From Paraphysomonas bandaiensis (taxonomy: Eukaryota > Protista > Chrysophyceae), in assembly GCA_965644295.1 (NCBI GenBank), contig CBFFRP010000324.1, forward strand, positions 1 through 64,000: DNA of 64,000 bases, given 5' to 3'. The first letter of the stretch is position 1, and each line of letters opens with the position of its first letter. Both the position numbers and the translations under genes were made by a program. This document shows positions 59,701-64,000 of this stretch, piece by piece. Under the pieces are notes generated by a model. That model was not told the origin of the DNA, made no database searches, and saw only the letters and a program-made list of their open reading frames with translations.

Positions 59701-62044
59701 CAGAGGATCTTGCGCAGAGGGTGGTTAGGGCCAGAGTTACTGACAACCGTGACGGCGGTATCAGCGGAGTGGTGCCACAGCAGTCGGAAAGTGGGCAGGT
59801 GCAGCCCCAGGCTGACTCAGCATTACCTTCGGGGGAAGGGACCCCTGCCGAGAATCATCCGCACGGCAAACGCGCAAGAACTCCAAGGACGGTAACGAAT
59901 GTGTCGGTGTTAGGACAAATCCATCATTTGAGTGATGAGAGTGATGTGAGTGACCTTTTACAGGAGGCAGACTCAGTGTGGATGTCAGCGGAAGAGTCGA
60001 CAGTGCCTCAGACACATCGTGAGTCCTTGGAGAGTGCCGAGCACAGGGAGTGGAGACGAGCTCGCCGTGTAGAGCGAGAGGGTTTGGCGAAGCGAGATAC
60101 CATGGAGGTGACTCGTATACCGGACGGAGTCGTCCCACTGCACTCCAAGTACGTCTATGGAAAGAAGTACGATAAGGAGGGAGAGGTCCGCCGATATAAG
60201 GCTCGTCTTGTAGCAATCGGTTGTGGACAGCAGTCGAGTGGTTGGGCGAACCATTTCGCACCCGTTGTTAAGGGGGTAACAGTGCGACTGTTAATCGCCA
60301 TAGCTTTCGTGATGAACATGGTAATTCATCAACTGGATGTGTCTAACGCATTTCTATATGCAGATATAGAGGGGGATGTATATATGAAGGCAACTCCGGA
60401 CTTTCAGCTGCCTGAGGGGTACTGCTTTAAGTTGAAGAAGTCGTTATACGGGCTTCGGAGTTCCCCGCGGTCGTGGTGGAAAACATTGGATAAATTCATA
60501 CGATCTATGCATTTTAAACCATGTGTATTAGACCCGTGTTTGTATTATCAGTATAAGGGCGATGAATTGATATTATTAACGATATATGTGGATGATATCC
60601 TAGTGTTAGGTCGTGATGTCAACATAGTGAAGGATATTAAAGCTCAACTGTGTGCCCGGTTTGATATGAAGGATATGGGCGAGATGGAACATTTTCTGAA
60701 TGTTCGAGTCACAAGAACGCCAGAGTATATTCGTCTTGACCAATCAGTATATGCGGCTAAGATCTTAGAAAAGTTTGAAAAGTATCTTGGGCCACCGCGA
60801 AAGGTACGGAAGAGTCCTCTACCGGCGGAAGCAATGGATTTAGTGGCAAAAGGGGCGCGGCATGAGCATACCGAGGAGGAACAGCTTATAGTAGATAACT
60901 TCCCATATCGGCCGCTGATAGGTGCATTACTATATCTATCGATGAACACGAGGCCGGATATTGCCTATGCAGTGGGAGTACTGTCTCGGTTCAGTAATAA
61001 GGTGAATATTGAAGTATGCAAGCTATTAACACATGTATGGCAATATATTCGTGGTTCTATTGACAAAGGGATTCAATATGGGAGTAGACGGTTCGACTTC
61101 CATATGTTTACTGACGCGGATTGGGCGGGAGATCAGCTCTCCAGGAAGTCCACGTCGGGGTACGTTGGGTTTGCAGCGGGAGGGCCTATAGTCTGGCAGT
61201 CCAAACTGCAGACGACAGTGGCAACGTCAAGCATGCAGTCTGAGTATCAGTGTATTTACTCGGGTCTCCAAGAAGTGCTATGGGTTCGGGGGGTGACGGG
61301 TGAGATTAAGTTGAGGCTCATCAAACCCACACCATTCTTCATCGACAGTCAGAGTGCCCAGGATTTGGCCGAAAACCCAGTGTTTCACAAGAAGTCGAAG
61401 CACATTGAGATTAAGTATCACATGGTGAGAGAGCACGTGGATCCCAATCAGTTCAATACGATTAAGTTAGTGCATGTGCATACATCGCAACAAGCAGCAG
61501 ATATTTATACAAAGTCATTGGTTGGTTTATCATATATGGAGCAGAGAAAGAGAAATCTTGGAGAGAAAGTTAAGAGTTCCACTGAAGTGATTAATGAGGG
61601 ACCAAGGGATAAAAGAAGGCGCAAGTAGGTACTGAGTTTTTTAGACAGAGGTTTAGACTTAGAGATGAGTCTATTTTACTGTCAAGAATTTTTTTATCTC
61701 AGGCATTCAATAGCTGGGAGGCGTCATAGTACAACACTCAATTGAGGGGGAGTGTTGAGATCTGAAGATTCTATATACTTGCAATTGAGTGCAGTATTAT
61801 GTGAGATGCAAGGATCGAAAGATATATATGTAATTAGTACATTATATTATGTAGTATGAAACTGAAGTAGAAGTGGATGACTATACAGGATACGATGACT
61901 GAGTGTGTGGTTGTACACTATAGTAGTAAATGAATGGTGTTGAACACATCGAACACAACTTAGGTTCTTTATCATGTAATGTTTATAATTTCATCTTATC
62001 AGTTGAGAATAGTAAACCTTAGCAAATAATGTCAACTTCTGTTA
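56755..62044 (+). mobile_element. Ty1/copia LTR retrotransposon #4, full length, LTR termini TG...TA, TSD ACTAG
   Basis: Identical 292-bp LTRs at 56755-57046 and 61753-62044. PBS TGGTAGCGA at 57047, PPT GAGGGGGAG. ACTAG at 56750-56754 and 62045-62049. Confidence 0.96.
57031..61628 (+). CDS. Gag-Pol of copia #4, with a single 1-nt frameshift in the G run at 59245-59249
   Basis: Two CCHC knuckles, protease YLDSCAS, HERTGH...CKWC, integrase D-D-E (TAD, HADGG, VSERK), KARLVA, YVDD, TDADW, ADIYTK. Adding one G gives VPGGSVPSLSWLRKWG. Confidence 0.93.
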
Positions 62045-62053
62045 ACTAGTACT

Positions 62054-62195
62054 CTAAGTGTTCCAGCACTTTTCACCACTGTCGTCCTCATTCTTATAAT
62101 CGGACAGTTCATCATCGATGACCTGTTGCACTGTCTTTGCGGTCCACAAGTGCTTGTTGAAGCGAAGGAACGCAAAAATGGAATTGATATGCAAG
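62054..62195 (-). pseudogene. C-terminal fragment of a hAT-like transposase
   Basis: Translates as SIFAFLRFNKHLWTAKTVQQVIDDE...stop, resembling the FLKxNxxLW tail of hAT transposases. Confidence 0.45.
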
Positions 62196-62655
62196 CTCCC
62201 CACTATCAGGTGAATTCAATTTATAAATGTGTGACTTAATTATAACAGGCACTTCAACATTTCAACTAGCATATGAAGAAGGGTCATTCGTATTTTTGGT
62301 ATTAGACCTATAGATGGTAGATGATCGTATCTGAAGCTGGTGGTATAGATGCTATCTATCTACCTATTAAACTAAAATGTACCTATAGGTACTAGACAAG
62401 TTCCTAATAGGTACCAGGAGATGTAATTAACAAAGTACCTATAGGTACTTTTTCTGAGGTCCACCGATGTCCAAGCTTTTTTCTCTCAGACTTTACCTAT
62501 CAAGGACCTACCCGTACATCCGCTGATTTAATCGCATGAAACCCATACGTTAGCATCAGGGAGTTAAAAAGGAACTGGCACACCGAGTGAATCAGAGTTG
62601 AACTTTCTGAACTACTATTTAAAGAAATATAGAAAAAAACTAGTCGTTCAGTTAC

Positions 62656-63792
62656 TTAGTATCTGAGCTTCCATAGCTTAACTAGACTATCATCACCACA
62701 AGTCGCACATATATGCGCCGCATTTGCCGCCGGATTCCACCGTACACAATTCACATCCCCATCATGCGCCTCTTCGATCTGGAACTCTTTCGCAAGAGCA
62801 CCTTTGTCTGTGCCACACTCATCTCCTACCCGACAGAGGGATATACAGTTATCCCCACCGCCAGTGATCACGTTCCCGTGCTCCTTGCTCCAATCAATAC
62901 TGCAGTACATAAGTCCAATATCACATTAGAACAAGTGATCAACAATATCATATTGCATTTGTAAGTAGAGCACAAGGTAAATATAGCTATAGGTAACTCG
63001 TCAACGACAAGATGTATACCTGTATATGGGGTATCTATGAAGGCCTCTCAGTGACGCGGATTGCATCCATTCATGTGCACTGGGGTCCGCGTCCCGAGGT
63101 CTCCCAATATACTCCCAAGATAGCACACCAAGGTCCGCACCACAAGATACCATCCTGTCCCCGTCACGGTTGAGGGCAACACCCCAAACTGTAGACCCGT
63201 GTCCGGAGAGGGTTTCCGAGCAGTACCAGTCGTCTCCTTCCTCTTTCCAAACTTTTACTGTGTCATCGTAGCTGCACGAAAAGAGAGTGGCAGAATCAAG
63301 GGGGTGAAATATTACAAACTTCACATCTTGACTGTGTCCGCTTAAGACTGTAACACATTCGAATTCACCTCTACCAAGATTTTCCCACACCCATACAGAT
63401 TTATCTCGGCCACAAGTAGCTATCCACTGACCACTGGGACTCCAACAAACACATTTGACTTCATTCTCGTGTCCCTCTAACGACGCTATCATGTCCCAAT
63501 TAGAATTGGACCTATCCTGCGACTCCCATATGACTACTGTCCCATCAAAACTGGCTGATGCTAACATCCTACCGTCTGGACTCCATTCACAGCAACGTAA
63601 TGTGCGAGACTGGCCTTCTTCCAAAGTTGCAATACATATAATGCCGCTTTCTTCCCAGTCATGATTTTTCGCTTTCCATATTCTGATTGTTCGGTCCTCT
63701 CCGCAACTTGCTAGATAATTACCATCCTTCGACCATGATACATGCCATACTCTATCTTCAGTGTGACCGCTCAATGCAGATATGAAATCCAT
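62656..63792 (-). CDS. CIAO1: Cytosolic Fe-S assembly WD40 protein Cia1; intron 62900-63019
   Basis: GHTEDRVW, RTLRCCEWSPDG, LASASFD, LEGHENEVK, CGRDKSVWVWE, GHSQDVK, AHDGDVNCVRWNP. Confidence 0.95.
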
Positions 63793-64000
63793 TGTATATG
63801 TAATGACTCCCTGCGGCTGATAACTGCAGTGATATACACGGTCTGTGGGATGGTGTTATGAACATGAAGTGGCTGTCAAGGAGGTTCCCTCCAGAATATA
63901 ATACATGATAATACCGCTGTAGAGGTCTGTATATCATGTACACAGAAACAGAGTTCCGAAGAGTGTTCCATCAAGTGTATAGGTATACCTATATGTATAC

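Overview
Eukaryotic genomic DNA, gene-dense with very short GT-AG introns (mostly 44-75 nt). A stramenopile host (possibly a chrysophyte or other ochrophyte) is inferred, not demonstrated. Host genes: a mucin-stalk 7-TM protein with a 14x291-bp coding repeat, a TPR + His/Pro-rich protein, a C2-domain protein, adenosine deaminase, strumpellin (WASHC5), a Sec1/Munc18 protein, a RINT1/TIP20-like protein, a double-DBD heat-shock factor, an NPF/UBA/PX protein, a Crinkler-like NTPase-nuclease and CIAO1. Four full-length Ty1/copia LTR retrotransposons are present, each with LTR pairs identical by eye and a 5-bp TSD, plus a PIF/Harbinger-like transposase and other relics. The standout is the copia element at 9721-14677. 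It has no tRNA primer-binding site. Instead, the 15 nt directly after its 5' LTR (which include the gag ATG) are perfectly complementary to a sequence inside its own LTR, the geometry of Tf1-type self-priming. Its LTRs start and end in CG rather than TG...CA, and its integrase appears to have a D-D-D rather than D-D-E triad. Two of the other copia elements also have non-canonical LTR ends (TA...TT and TG...TA). One has a ruined internal region but identical LTRs, suggesting recent mobilisation in trans.
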